From the IMG/VR virus record IMGVR_UViG_3300010430_000005, positions 19,467 to 83,466 of that record: 64,000 nucleotides of DNA; one strand, written 5' to 3'. How positions within the stretch are numbered: position 1 is the first letter of the stretch; the number at the start of each line of letters is the position of its first letter. Under the pieces are notes generated by a model. It worked only from the letters and a program-made list of their open reading frames with translations, was not told where the DNA came from and searched no databases. Source of the stretch: a virus. Taxonomy: Duplodnaviria > Heunggongvirae > Uroviricota > Caudoviricetes. Below, piece by piece: positions 44,957-54,550 of the stretch. The position numbers and the translations under genes are program-made.

Positions 44957-45409
44957 ATGGGAACACGTTCAATTACTCGAATTCAAGTTGATGGCGAAAC
45001 TCTAGTCGCAGTATATCGTCAATACGATGGATATATTGATGGTCAAGGACAAGATTTGGCGAATATCTTGAAAGATAGAAAAATCGTCAATGGTATTACG
45101 TTTGGTAGCGAAAACAAAGTGTTCAACGGACCAGGTTGCCTTGCTGCAAACATTATCTGCGAAATGAAGCGCAAAGATAATGGAGATGCAGGTGGGGTTT
45201 ATATTAATAGTGTTGAATGTGATGACGAAGAATTCACTTATAACGTGAATGTGATTACAGATGAAAACGAAGGTGGTTGGCCACTGTCTTATCAAGATTA
45301 TCCAATCGTTACCGTAATCTGTTGGGGCGAAAAAATCTTTGAAGGAAATTCTATCGAATTTTATGAATTCACCCAAAAAGGTGATGTTTACGATGATGTA
45401 GACGAATAA
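44957..45409 (+). CDS. hypothetical protein
   Basis: RBS gaaggagatttatattATG. Confidence 0.45.
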   Translation: MGTRSITRIQVDGETLVAVYRQYDGYIDGQGQDLANILKDRKIVNGITFGSENKVFNGPGCLAANIICEMKRKDNGDAGGVYINSVECDDEEFTYNVNVITDENEGGWPLSYQDYPIVTVICWGEKIFEGNSIEFYEFTQKGDVYDDVDE

Positions 45410-45422
45410 CGGTTGACATAAA

Positions 45423-45451
45423 CAGAACAATAACATATATTGCTTAGGTAA
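45423..45451 (+). promoter_or_regulatory. sigma70-like early promoter TTGACA-17-TATATT
   Basis: -35 at 45423-45428 and -10 at 45446-45451. Confidence 0.5.
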
Positions 45452-45469
45452 GTAGAAAGGGACATAGAC

Positions 45470-45889
45470 ATGGAAACATTTTTTGTGACATATAACACTG
45501 GCGAATATGACTCATATTATGAGCATGTCTATGCCATTGATGCAGAATCCAAAGAAGCATTGTATGTAGAGATTCATGATGCTTTTGATGCATACGTTGA
45601 ATATCAAACAAAATACCGTGAAGGCCAAAAACAAGTTAACGAAAAATATCGCCCAAAATCTTCAAGCGCGGGCGAAAAACAATACAAATTGTATCATGAA
45701 AAACTGCTGGAATTTTATGAGAAATATCCATATGTGAGCGATTTTGTTGTCTTTGGATATAAAATTCCTTCATTCGATGAAGCGATGACCTCTGAAAAAG
45801 ACGATGTTTTTTCAAACGCAGGTCTTGAAATCCATTCTGTTTCCGAGTATATTGAGTTTGTTCGCCCACAGAAGAAAGAAAACAAATGA
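45470..45889 (+). CDS. hypothetical protein
   Basis: 139-aa ORF. Confidence 0.4.
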   Translation: METFFVTYNTGEYDSYYEHVYAIDAESKEALYVEIHDAFDAYVEYQTKYREGQKQVNEKYRPKSSSAGEKQYKLYHEKLLEFYEKYPYVSDFVVFGYKIPSFDEAMTSEKDDVFSNAGLEIHSVSEYIEFVRPQKKENK

Positions 45890-46125
45890 CAAAAGTTACA
45901 ATCGAATATGACGATAGCGAACTGCTTGGTTGTATGTTTCGGGATGCCATCATACATTGTCATACGATGAAGATGGAATTGTTAGTCAAAATGGGCAAGG
46001 AAAAAGATACTGCAACCGAAGAACAAAAACTGCTTGACAATCATATGCTAGAGTTTTATGATGACAAAATTGAAGCATATGAAAAGATGCGCGACAGTAT
46101 GTCTTGGGAGAACAAAAATGTTTGA
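45886..46125 (+). CDS. hypothetical protein
   Basis: 79-aa ORF with ATGA overlap. Confidence 0.4.
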   Translation: MTKVTIEYDDSELLGCMFRDAIIHCHTMKMELLVKMGKEKDTATEEQKLLDNHMLEFYDDKIEAYEKMRDSMSWENKNV

Positions 46126-46378
46126 CGAATTTTCACTTCCTGAATTGGTTAATCTTGCAAAATGGATTCTTGATAAAAAAGGCGAAGCAGGTCTAATCAA
46201 CTATCAAGTTTTCTATGGCATGTGTGGTTGCATGGGTCCAGCGAAGGGTGAACGTCTTTGTTCCTGTAAAAAAGCAGTCACGTTAAAAACCAATATGGTT
46301 GAAGTTGTTGCGCAGTTTGATGAAGAACTCGCGAAAAGAATTTGGTTGGCACATTTTGTAAAAGGATTGCCAGGATGA
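46118..46378 (+). CDS. hypothetical protein (Cys-rich)
   Basis: Start overlaps the upstream stop. Contains CGCMGPAKGERLCSC. Confidence 0.4.
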   Translation: MFDEFSLPELVNLAKWILDKKGEAGLINYQVFYGMCGCMGPAKGERLCSCKKAVTLKTNMVEVVAQFDEELAKRIWLAHFVKGLPG

Positions 46379-46761
46379 TGGAAAAGATTGGATATACTGT
46401 TGGTATTTGTATTGCTTGCGTGACAGTTTCTTTTGCGAGCTATAGCGGCATGTTATATGAACGGCATACTGCACCAGAACCTTGCATCACAAACTTGTCA
46501 ATCCATAGTTATCCCACCTTTGAATCGGAACAGATTATGCTTGACAATATTGTTGATTACAACGAAGATAGCGATTTCTATCGGAATGGCATCCAAACGA
46601 GCGAAGAACTTGCAGAAATGCTAGTTGAAATGAGTCAAGATAGCAAATGGCCAAGTTCAATTTATACCAATCCACAAGACGGGCGCAGATATTATGTTCC
46701 GGGTTTGTGTTATGTGGGTGAAGTGAATGTCTTTGGAGAACCAGTTCTATATAGGAGATAA
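46375..46761 (+). CDS. hypothetical protein with N-terminal TM segment
   Basis: ATGA overlap with the upstream stop. Confidence 0.4.
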   Translation: MMEKIGYTVGICIACVTVSFASYSGMLYERHTAPEPCITNLSIHSYPTFESEQIMLDNIVDYNEDSDFYRNGIQTSEELAEMLVEMSQDSKWPSSIYTNPQDGRRYYVPGLCYVGEVNVFGEPVLYRR

Positions 46762-46762
46762 A

Positions 46763-46933
46763 ATGGATATATATATAGAATTCTTACTGTTTTTTTCTAT
46801 CTTGACTGTAATAATCTTGTCTTATGTAGTCTTAACTCGAGAACCGAATCAGGGTTATTCACACCTTGCCTCAGTAGATTGCGAATCTATTCCTACAAAA
46901 TTGCTTCATGTGACGGGGATTACAAATGATTAG
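46763..46933 (+). CDS. small membrane protein (56 aa)
   Basis: RBS ataggagataaaATG. One TM segment. Confidence 0.35.
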   Translation: MDIYIEFLLFFSILTVIILSYVVLTREPNQGYSHLASVDCESIPTKLLHVTGITND

Positions 46934-47321
46934 AGACTTTATTGTTTGGGTAAGTGAAGGTCTATTCTGGTTGCAGGGTGGAGTTATGCTTGTTAACACA
47001 CCTTGGATTATCGCGTGGGTTTTATTTTGGAGTCTATTGATTGCGTCTCCGGTGGTCTATCACACACATATAAATCCAAACCCAATTGCTCTTCCAGTAT
47101 TTTTAATCATATTCTTTCCGGGATTGTTTATGGCAATATCGCCAAGAATTATCCAACAGCAAATGATAGGCGAATGTCGTGATACTGTTTCGGAATTGAA
47201 CATTATTGTTGATGGTGAAGTGACCGAACAATCTGAAATCAATATCAGACAGTGCCGGTACAAGGAAAACTATTACGACGAAGAATATGGAGAATGGCAG
47301 ATCGTGGGGCAGAGACAATAA
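46926..47321 (+). CDS. membrane protein (3 TM)
   Basis: 131-aa ORF, hydrophobic. Confidence 0.4.
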   Translation: MIRDFIVWVSEGLFWLQGGVMLVNTPWIIAWVLFWSLLIASPVVYHTHINPNPIALPVFLIIFFPGLFMAISPRIIQQQMIGECRDTVSELNIIVDGEVTEQSEINIRQCRYKENYYDEEYGEWQIVGQRQ

Positions 47322-47357
47322 TTGTGTTTACAATATATGTAAATTAGTATATACTGG

Positions 47358-47365
47358 TATTATTC
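47358..47365 (+). promoter_or_regulatory. T4-type late promoter TATAAATA
   Basis: Exact TATAAATA followed by the RBS aggagttaacattATG of the next gene. Confidence 0.35.
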
Positions 47366-47386
47366 TTATAAATAGGAGTTAACATT

Positions 47387-48553
47387 ATGGGAAGTGAAAT
47401 TCATCGCAAATTGGCATCTATTCAGCGAATTGAAGAAGTTCGGGACATTGAAGGCGCAGATCTAATCCAAGCATACCGCGTTCTAGGTTGGTGGGTAGTT
47501 GATAAACGTGCTGCACATAAAGTAGGCGATCTCGTAGTATACATTTCTATTGATTCATGGGTGCCACATGAACTTGCACCTTTCTTGTCCAGTGGAAAAG
47601 AACCCCGCGAATACAACGGTGTGAAAGGTGAACGTCTTCGCACAATCAAACTTCGTGGACAGGTTTCGCAAGGATTGCTCATCAAAATTTCAGATATTCC
47701 TATTCACGTATTTGCCACTGAGAATGTAGATACTGGTGAAGTATATGCAATGGATGAAATCGTTTGGAATGAAGGAGACGATCTTACTCTTGATCTAAAC
47801 ATCCAAAAGTGGGAAGCACCAATTCCTGCACAACTTCAAGGACAAGCAAAAGGCACATTCCCTACCAGTCTTATTCCTAAGACTGACCAGGAACGCATTC
47901 AAAACTGCTTTGGTGCTATCCAAAAGCGTGATGGTCTTTTCTTGACTGAAAAGTTTTGGAATGAGGAATTGCAAGAAGTCCAAGAGCGTGATGTTGTTCT
48001 TCCAGAAGATTTCAAGAAGCCTACTTATGAGGTTACCATGAAACTTGATGGTAGCAGTATGACCATTTTCCGTTGGGAAGATGAACTTCGTGTTTGTAGT
48101 CGCAACATGGAACTGAAAATTAACGAAGAAAATGCCGATAACACTTTTGTTAAAATGGCATTGAAACTTGATGATTGCATCCCAGAAGGACTTGCTTTCC
48201 AAGGCGAACTTTGCGGCGAAGGAATCCAAGGCAACCGTGAAGGGTTTAAGGGGCATCACTTCTTTGTGTTTGATGTTTTCGACATAAAAGAACACAAATA
48301 CCTTTCGCCTTCCGAACGGCATGATATCATAAAAGACATGAATTCCATCATGGGATTGCCGTTCATCGACCATGTTCCTGTTCTTGGAACAGACTGGAAT
48401 GCACCTGAGAGTGTTGCAAAGGGTCTTGAACTGGCAGAAGGCCCAAGCATTAATCACAAGGTTCGCGAAGGTCTTGTGTGGAAATGCAATGAAGACCCGA
48501 GTTTCAGTTTCAAAACGATCAGCAACAAATTCTTGCTCAAAGGTGGGAATTGA
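47387..48553 (+). CDS. ATP-dependent RNA ligase-like nucleotidyltransferase (KxDG family)
   Basis: Motif I EVTMKLDGSSMTIFRW (compare Rnl1 KEDGS). N-terminal extension precedes the NTase domain. 388 aa. Confidence 0.45.
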   Translation: MGSEIHRKLASIQRIEEVRDIEGADLIQAYRVLGWWVVDKRAAHKVGDLVVYISIDSWVPHELAPFLSSGKEPREYNGVKGERLRTIKLRGQVSQGLLIKISDIPIHVFATENVDTGEVYAMDEIVWNEGDDLTLDLNIQKWEAPIPAQLQGQAKGTFPTSLIPKTDQERIQNCFGAIQKRDGLFLTEKFWNEELQEVQERDVVLPEDFKKPTYEVTMKLDGSSMTIFRWEDELRVCSRNMELKINEENADNTFVKMALKLDDCIPEGLAFQGELCGEGIQGNREGFKGHHFFVFDVFDIKEHKYLSPSERHDIIKDMNSIMGLPFIDHVPVLGTDWNAPESVAKGLELAEGPSINHKVREGLVWKCNEDPSFSFKTISNKFLLKGGN

Positions 48554-48554
48554 C

Positions 48555-48893
48555 ATGAAGCGTGTTATATCGCTTATTCTTCTGGTAGGCACTCTTTCGG
48601 GGTGCCTACCAGAAAATCCTATTCCAACACACTGGAATGCGGATTATGCACAATATATGCAGGAATTTGGATATACATACAACGAAAACGATGGGGTCAT
48701 TTTAAAGAATGGTGTTACAATATGGGCACTTCCCATACATTGTATTCGTTACTGTGTCTCTTCTTATGTAGGCCCACATGGTTTACAAGGCGATTTAGCT
48801 GAAGATTACAACCGAGCAATTGAGCAATCTATTAAGGCGTATAAGCAAGAAAATTTGCAAATTTTAGGATTGGACGAAGAATATGAAAATTAA
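48555..48893 (+). CDS. lipoprotein
   Basis: Lipobox LSGC in LLVGTLSGC. Confidence 0.45.
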   Translation: MKRVISLILLVGTLSGCLPENPIPTHWNADYAQYMQEFGYTYNENDGVILKNGVTIWALPIHCIRYCVSSYVGPHGLQGDLAEDYNRAIEQSIKAYKQENLQILGLDEEYEN

Positions 48894-49605
48894 TATCGGT
48901 CCCTACAAAAATTGGTTCGGCCCTTACCAGCTGGCCGAATTTATATTTTTTTGGGCTAAGACAAAACCAGACGAATATGGTATAATCGACAAGCCAGATT
49001 GGGTGCATAGTTTTGGAGAATGGTTAGCGTACGGAAGTGTACAGCCAAAACCCAAAGTAGGCGACATTACTAGTTTAGAAGACCCGCGTAAGCCCACATT
49101 GCTCTATTCTTTTTTGACTTGGGTATACTCGCTACGCAACCGAAAAATATCTGTTCGTATCGACGAGTATGATACTTGGAGCATGGATAGCACCCTAGGT
49201 TATGTTATCTTGCCGATGCTCAAGCAAATCAAAGAACAGAAGAACGGCTCGCCTTGGGTAGAATATGACGATGTGCCCGAAAATCTTTGGCCGCCTGAAG
49301 GGCAAGAAAATCTGCACGAAGAAGGCGAAATAGACGATAATCACCACAATAGGTGGGATTGGGTACTTGATGAGATGATTTTTGCCTTTGAGACGAAAGT
49401 CGGGTCTTTGCAGGATTGGGAAGACCAGTTCAGAAAAGGTACAGTCGACATCAAATTTAAAGAACTCGAAAACGGCCTTAGCCAGACCGCGTATGGACCA
49501 AACCACACCTACGAAACTGATCTTGAAGGTTTGAGAGAGTATCAGAAACGAATCAGTAACGGGTTTCGTCTGTTTGGAAAGTATTACGAATCGTTGTGGT
49601 CATGA
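48883..49605 (+). CDS. hypothetical protein
   Basis: 240-aa ORF. Confidence 0.45.
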   Translation: MKINIGPYKNWFGPYQLAEFIFFWAKTKPDEYGIIDKPDWVHSFGEWLAYGSVQPKPKVGDITSLEDPRKPTLLYSFLTWVYSLRNRKISVRIDEYDTWSMDSTLGYVILPMLKQIKEQKNGSPWVEYDDVPENLWPPEGQENLHEEGEIDDNHHNRWDWVLDEMIFAFETKVGSLQDWEDQFRKGTVDIKFKELENGLSQTAYGPNHTYETDLEGLREYQKRISNGFRLFGKYYESLWS

Positions 49606-49826
49606 TTTTAATCAAAAAGAAAACGCTGTTCATAAAAAGAAACGGCAAATGGATAAATGTGAGACTAGAAACCATCGGCAACGGCGGGGGCCTAAAAGGA
49701 TTCTTACATTTTTTGAAGGAATTGGTTGCTTGCCTAGCAGGTAAACATACGTATATCCATACATTCAACACTCCTAACATGACTACTCGTGTAGAATGTA
49801 AATATTGCAGAAAGGAAAGTTTATGA
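49596..49826 (+). CDS. hypothetical protein
   Basis: 76-aa ORF with ATGA overlap. Confidence 0.3.
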   Translation: MVMILIKKKTLFIKRNGKWINVRLETIGNGGGLKGFLHFLKELVACLAGKHTYIHTFNTPNMTTRVECKYCRKESL

Positions 49827-49872
49827 ATTTTAAAAATTGTTGCGATTTTCTTTGGAATACTAAGGAGGTGTC

Positions 49873-50334
49873 ATGGAAATAGAGTACAGAAAAGGCGACC
49901 TGATGGATACAGATGCGCACGCTATCTTGCATGGTTGCAATGCTCAGGGTGTAATGGGGTCGGGAGTGGCTGCTTTGGTTCGAAAGAAATACCCCGAGGC
50001 ATATGAGGTATACCGAAAAACATATGAGATGACCGACCACTTCGTACCGGGCTTAATTATCCCTGCGGTGTGTGATTACGGCATTAACGTAAAAATTATC
50101 ATTAACGCGATAACCCAAGAATACTACGGTCGAGACGGAAAACGATATGTTAGTTATGACGGGGTGGCTGAATGCCTAAAAAAAGCAAATTCTTGGTTAT
50201 ATTCGCATAACGTGAATCGACTAGCAATGCCTCAGATAGGGGCTGGTTTAGGTGGCGGCGACTGGCGCGTGATTGAGGCCATTATTGAGAGCGAAATGAC
50301 CAACGTCAAACCAATTGTTTATGTGTATAGGTAA
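49873..50334 (+). CDS. macro-domain protein (ADP-ribose binding / de-ADP-ribosylating hydrolase fold)
   Basis: RBS taaggaggtgtcATG. Macro signatures GDLMDTDAHAILHGCNAQGVMGSGVAALV... and PQIGAGLGGGDW. Confidence 0.6.
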   Translation: MEIEYRKGDLMDTDAHAILHGCNAQGVMGSGVAALVRKKYPEAYEVYRKTYEMTDHFVPGLIIPAVCDYGINVKIIINAITQEYYGRDGKRYVSYDGVAECLKKANSWLYSHNVNRLAMPQIGAGLGGGDWRVIEAIIESEMTNVKPIVYVYR

Positions 50335-50337
50335 ATT

Positions 50338-50577
50338 ATGTTTACAGTAGAAATGGACTTTGACGAGACGGCTGTTCGTATTCTAGACGATTCGGGTAGC
50401 TATGAAGATTTAGAGTTGTTTCTTTATGATGATATTGTTATTATTAGGCAATGGGACGAAGAAGAGCAGAATTTTTGCACTTTATATATGTCTCCTGATA
50501 TGTTAAATGAGATGCGAGAGTCGTTCAATCAGAGCGAAGGTGTATACCATATGCGCAAAGTTAAGGAAAATAAATGA
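50338..50577 (+). CDS. hypothetical protein
   Basis: 79-aa ORF. Confidence 0.4.
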   Translation: MFTVEMDFDETAVRILDDSGSYEDLELFLYDDIVIIRQWDEEEQNFCTLYMSPDMLNEMRESFNQSEGVYHMRKVKENK

Positions 50578-50990
50578 ATATCAAACATAGACCGCACTTC
50601 GACACAGATAAGGCAGCCAGACTTTATTCTGAGAAAGACGGGGCCCCTGTCAAATATGTGTGTACGTCTTCGGCTACAGGACAAGGTGCCGAATCTGGAG
50701 ATATATTCTACAGAGAAACGCCCCATCCAGAATTCGGAAACCGGTACTTTATCTTGTTTCGTAAGGCCGGCGGTATCTACATCGGAAATGCTGATTCTAT
50801 AGAAAAATTGGATTTCTACATGGTCGATGTAGATGGCGAACTGCATTACAGCCAACATAGACACGATTATAATGTTGTTAACGATACTGCTATTGATGGC
50901 GGAAGGGCGTACTTGCGTCGATCAGGCAATCTAACATACCCAGTAAAGCGTCTGAACATTGTTGACGGTAACTTTGTGGATAACGAATGA
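50574..50990 (+). CDS. hypothetical protein
   Basis: 138-aa ORF with ATGA overlap. Confidence 0.4.
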   Translation: MNIKHRPHFDTDKAARLYSEKDGAPVKYVCTSSATGQGAESGDIFYRETPHPEFGNRYFILFRKAGGIYIGNADSIEKLDFYMVDVDGELHYSQHRHDYNVVNDTAIDGGRAYLRRSGNLTYPVKRLNIVDGNFVDNE

Positions 50991-51241
50991 CTAAGTACAA
51001 ACAATATCCATGGAAATTCGAGCTAAAATGGAACGGCATCGAGTGGGGCCAGTCTGAAGTAACATTAGATTCGGGCACTTATTTTTATTACTTCTATTGG
51101 TTCGATTGGATTTCAAAACCTGAGAACCGTTTTATTGGGTACGAATATATGTATTATGACGGGCCCCATCGAATGTTGTGTTTCTGGTGGTTTTGCATGT
51201 GTTGGTCGACTCCCTGGAGTAAAGTCAAAAAAAGTAGTTGA
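50987..51241 (+). CDS. hypothetical protein (Trp/Cys-rich)
   Basis: 84-aa ORF with ATGA overlap. Confidence 0.4.
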   Translation: MTKYKQYPWKFELKWNGIEWGQSEVTLDSGTYFYYFYWFDWISKPENRFIGYEYMYYDGPHRMLCFWWFCMCWSTPWSKVKKSS

Positions 51242-51266
51242 CTGTGTCTATCGTGCCCTATACATT
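51238..51266 (+). promoter_or_regulatory. sigma70-like promoter TTGACT-17-TACATT
   Basis: -35 at 51238-51243 and -10 at 51261-51266. Confidence 0.4.
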
Positions 51267-51291
51267 ATTAGTATAAACAAGGAGATACACG

Positions 51292-51513
51292 ATGTTGACT
51301 CAAGAAACTAAAAAACTGTTTGTTTCTTTCGCAAAAGATGCGCCGAACTGGAGCGGAACTCCTCTACTTGACATCACATCGGCCCAACGAGGCAATTTGT
51401 CCGACCTCAAGAAAAAGGGGCTGGTCGAAACATTTCGCGATGAAGGTTGCGATTGGGTTATCTTTACAAAGGCCGGTGAAGAGTTGGCGGCAGAATATGG
51501 TTATGAGGTGTGA
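51292..51513 (+). CDS. hypothetical protein
   Basis: RBS caaggagatacacgATG. Confidence 0.45.
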   Translation: MLTQETKKLFVSFAKDAPNWSGTPLLDITSAQRGNLSDLKKKGLVETFRDEGCDWVIFTKAGEELAAEYGYEV

Positions 51514-51514
51514 A

Positions 51515-51874
51515 ATGAATTATTTCTTGTTTATCGACGATGAACGAAACCCGGAAGATGTTACTTGGGCTCCACAGCGAGTCAAAGACCTATATAACAA
51601 TCGCAGTTGGGTTGTGTGTCGTAATCATTGCGATGTGATGAAAACAGTATCTAGCTTAGGTATGCCGACATTCGTTTCTTTCGATCACGACTTGGGCGAG
51701 GTCTCGAAAGACGGGTATTGGATTGCTAAAAAGTTAGTCGATACCGAGCTAAGTGGTCTGTTCAGTTTTCCTGGCGAGTTTGATTATTATGTCCACAGCA
51801 AGAACCCCATCGGCAAAGCAAATATCGAAATGTACCTTAATGGGTATATGACAACAAAATTAACAGTGACGTGA
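51515..51874 (+). CDS. hypothetical protein
   Basis: RBS gaggtgtgaaATG overlapping the previous stop. Confidence 0.4.
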   Translation: MNYFLFIDDERNPEDVTWAPQRVKDLYNNRSWVVCRNHCDVMKTVSSLGMPTFVSFDHDLGEVSKDGYWIAKKLVDTELSGLFSFPGEFDYYVHSKNPIGKANIEMYLNGYMTTKLTVT

Positions 51875-51886
51875 AGAAACACATAG

Positions 51887-52225
51887 ATGAAATTTACACA
51901 CACAGATAACGCAAAATATAGAGTTGGCATTGGGTATGTCCCCAAACCATGGGTTGACTATGGGAAAAGTCACAAAGACAGCATCATGGGATACTTTGAA
52001 GATAAAGTAAGGGTTTGGGATGCCGACATTTGTGGCGATGTTAAAATCGACTTCGTTTTCGAAGACGGCAAAGCATATAGGTTGGACTATTCATGGTGGT
52101 GTAATGAATTTGGCGAAGAAGACGAATATGGAGAAAAACCATGGATCATGGATGAATATTTTATCGAAGAAATTTCAATTGATGATGCAGACGTGAAAGA
52201 AAAAAGAGAGCGGGATTGGCTATGA
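51887..52225 (+). CDS. hypothetical protein
   Basis: 112-aa ORF. Confidence 0.4.
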   Translation: MKFTHTDNAKYRVGIGYVPKPWVDYGKSHKDSIMGYFEDKVRVWDADICGDVKIDFVFEDGKAYRLDYSWWCNEFGEEDEYGEKPWIMDEYFIEEISIDDADVKEKRERDWL

Positions 52226-52389
52226 AAAGACAAGATGTAGCAGATATGGTATACGCAATCATACAAGAGGCAGACTACGACTTGGCAAAACAGTTAAATG
52301 AAGAAACCGCAGAAGAACCGGAATTTGCAGAAGAGTTTATGGGTTCTTTGATCTATGTCGCAGGACAGTGGGTCGAAATAGAAGAATAA
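52222..52389 (+). CDS. small acidic hypothetical protein (55 aa)
   Basis: ATGA overlap with the upstream stop. Coordinates may be off by 1 nt. Confidence 0.25.
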   Translation: MKRQDVADMVYAIIQEADYDLAKQLNEETAEEPEFAEEFMGSLIYVAGQWVEIEE

Positions 52390-52395
52390 TTTCTG

Positions 52396-52424
52396 TTGAC
52401 AAGCCCAAAATGTTTCTGTATTTT
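52396..52424 (+). promoter_or_regulatory. sigma70-like promoter TTGACA-17-TATTTT
   Basis: -35 at 52396-52401 and -10 at 52419-52424. Confidence 0.45.
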
Positions 52425-52451
52425 GTAATAGAAACAAAAGAGAGATATGAA

Positions 52452-52679
52452 ATGTTCAACGAATTTATGAATAAAATCTACAATGCAATCGGCAGCGAAG
52501 TTTCGGGTTTCCGCAACGGAAAACCATTTCTCGGAACCATCACTGCGACTCGGGTCGCATATGGAAATGATATTCGTGTTACTGTTGAAGAAAACGACAA
52601 TATTTTCTTGATCGACGGTTCGACTTTGTATAAAGGTGAAGATGGGGTATACACTAATCTTCACGTATACTTCCAATAA
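52452..52679 (+). CDS. hypothetical protein
   Basis: 75-aa ORF downstream of the promoter. Confidence 0.4.
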   Translation: MFNEFMNKIYNAIGSEVSGFRNGKPFLGTITATRVAYGNDIRVTVEENDNIFLIDGSTLYKGEDGVYTNLHVYFQ

Positions 52680-52694
52680 GCGAAAGGCGATAAA

Positions 52695-53324
52695 ATGAAC
52701 ATCAACGAAAATCTCAATAAAATATCCCAAAACGAAACTCTTGATGGTCGGACTGTTGCTGCCCTAAAGCGTAAAGGTTACGTGCAAAGCGACGGATCTC
52801 TTACTATGCATGGGTTGCACCAAATTGGTGAATATAAGCATGTCCCGCAAGTTCCATATGCAGATATTGAAAAATGTGTTGGTAAAATCATTCAAATTAA
52901 CGAAGTAATCATAGTTGGTTGCGAGTGTTGTGGAAGTCAATACACCGAAACTTATCTTGTTTCTGCGGAAAAACTAGCCAAAGAATATAACCAATATGTG
53001 GATTGGATGAACAAAAAACTTCACGATATGTGGGGCGAAACTTTCGACTATGACGTCGAATCTGGGTTTTCGACTAAAAACATTGGTCGAGTCTTCATCA
53101 GTTCTTTGAAGCGTGAACACTACAGTGACAAACCTGATTTTGATCGTCGCTACATCCAAGATATTCTTAATGGTGCGATGGAACAAATGGTAAATGGCAA
53201 AACACAAGGCTATAAAAGTTCCAGTTACAAATATTCGATCACCGACACTATTGGAGAAATCGAAGATTTGCTGATGGATGAAGGCGAAAAAATCTTTACT
53301 CTTGAAGTTGAAATTTATCGGTAG
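52695..53324 (+). CDS. hypothetical protein
   Basis: 209-aa ORF. Confidence 0.45.
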   Translation: MNINENLNKISQNETLDGRTVAALKRKGYVQSDGSLTMHGLHQIGEYKHVPQVPYADIEKCVGKIIQINEVIIVGCECCGSQYTETYLVSAEKLAKEYNQYVDWMNKKLHDMWGETFDYDVESGFSTKNIGRVFISSLKREHYSDKPDFDRRYIQDILNGAMEQMVNGKTQGYKSSSYKYSITDTIGEIEDLLMDEGEKIFTLEVEIYR

Positions 53325-53328
53325 GGTG

Positions 53329-53357
53329 TTTACATTCGGGTAAAACTCGGTTATTTT
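53329..53357 (+). promoter_or_regulatory. sigma70-like promoter TTTACA-17-TATTTT
   Basis: -35 at 53329-53334 and -10 at 53352-53357. A second TTGACA lies at 53371. Confidence 0.4.
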
Positions 53358-53407
53358 GACGATTACTGGTTTGACAATCAAATTATGCAAATGAAGGAGA
53401 ATGTATA

Positions 53408-53863
53408 ATGGGTCTTGATATGTATATTACCGCACGGCGTTATCTCTGGGATTTTGGGGATCATGATGACGTTAAAATTGCACAAGCAATTGGTGACTTG
53501 TTTCCAGAACTAAAAGGGCAGAAAGCAAAAACTGTTTCTGTCGAAGCAATGTATTGGCGCAAAGCAAATGCAATTCACAAGTGGTTTGTTGATAATGTCC
53601 AAGATGGGGTGGATGAATGTCAAGAGACTTATTTGAATCGTGAAGATATGCAAAATCTTCTAGATGTTTGTCGGGCAGTTATTGCAAGTCCAGATCAAGC
53701 AAATGTGCTTTTACCTGCACAAAGTGGTTTCTTTTTCGGTTCGACTGATTATGATGAGTGGTATTTTGACGATGTGAAAAAGACCATCGAATTCCTTGAA
53801 AATCTATTTTCGAATGAAAAAATGATGAAACATTGGGATTTTTACTACCAGTCAAGTTGGTGA
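53408..53863 (+). CDS. hypothetical protein
   Basis: RBS aaggagaatgtataATG. Confidence 0.45.
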   Translation: MGLDMYITARRYLWDFGDHDDVKIAQAIGDLFPELKGQKAKTVSVEAMYWRKANAIHKWFVDNVQDGVDECQETYLNREDMQNLLDVCRAVIASPDQANVLLPAQSGFFFGSTDYDEWYFDDVKKTIEFLENLFSNEKMMKHWDFYYQSSW

Positions 53864-53868
53864 TTGAT

Positions 53869-54510
53869 ATGAAATGGTCTAAAGTATATGAAACTGATTT
53901 GGGCATTTATGCCCAAAATCTTATTTCAGAAAACACAAAAAAATATGGTTTAGAATATCATAACATGGATCATATTGTTTCTATGTATGATTATCTGGAT
54001 AAAACAAATGAACCTTATGATGAAGCATTAGATTGGGCGGTTCTTTTTCATGACATTGTATATGATGATCAACCGAAAAAAGAATGGCGTTCTTCTCTCG
54101 AATTTTCCAAATCGTCAAAAGAATATTGTGGGTGTAGTTTAAGTCTTTATGATATTTCAAAAGTGTCTGGTCTTATCATGATGACAGAAAAACATTGTCT
54201 AGAAAGTAAAAATCTTGACAGGACATATTCAGCGATCATTCGTGCAGATTTGCATCAATTGGGTGATCGAGTGAAGGCATTCACCAATTATTATAAAATC
54301 ATGCAAGAAAGTATGAATTTGTATAATGTTGATGAAGTCGCTTTTGCACAAGCAAATCTTGACTTCATGAATGGTCTGTATCAAAGGGTTGGTGAAAACT
54401 ATTACAAATATGATAGGGACTATCAAGAATTTCACAAATCGGTTGGTGATGGTGTTTTGATGACAATTAATCTTTCTGAAACTCTTTTGGGGTTGACAAC
54501 TCACATGTGA
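53869..54510 (+). CDS. HD-domain phosphohydrolase-like protein
   Basis: H...HD pattern: EYHNMDHIVSMYDYL ... AVLFHDIVYD. Confidence 0.45.
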   Translation: MKWSKVYETDLGIYAQNLISENTKKYGLEYHNMDHIVSMYDYLDKTNEPYDEALDWAVLFHDIVYDDQPKKEWRSSLEFSKSSKEYCGCSLSLYDISKVSGLIMMTEKHCLESKNLDRTYSAIIRADLHQLGDRVKAFTNYYKIMQESMNLYNVDEVAFAQANLDFMNGLYQRVGENYYKYDRDYQEFHKSVGDGVLMTINLSETLLGLTTHM

Positions 54511-54550
54511 TTCTTTATAACTATAAGGACTAAACAGAAAAGGTTAAAAC

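Noticed and set aside
52201-52231. Apparent 1-nt discrepancy between hand-indexed positions and the ORF-track stop of 51887..52225
   Set aside because: Most likely a reading or indexing slip in an A-run. The track coordinates are treated as authoritative, and the small ORF start was set to 52222 accordingly.
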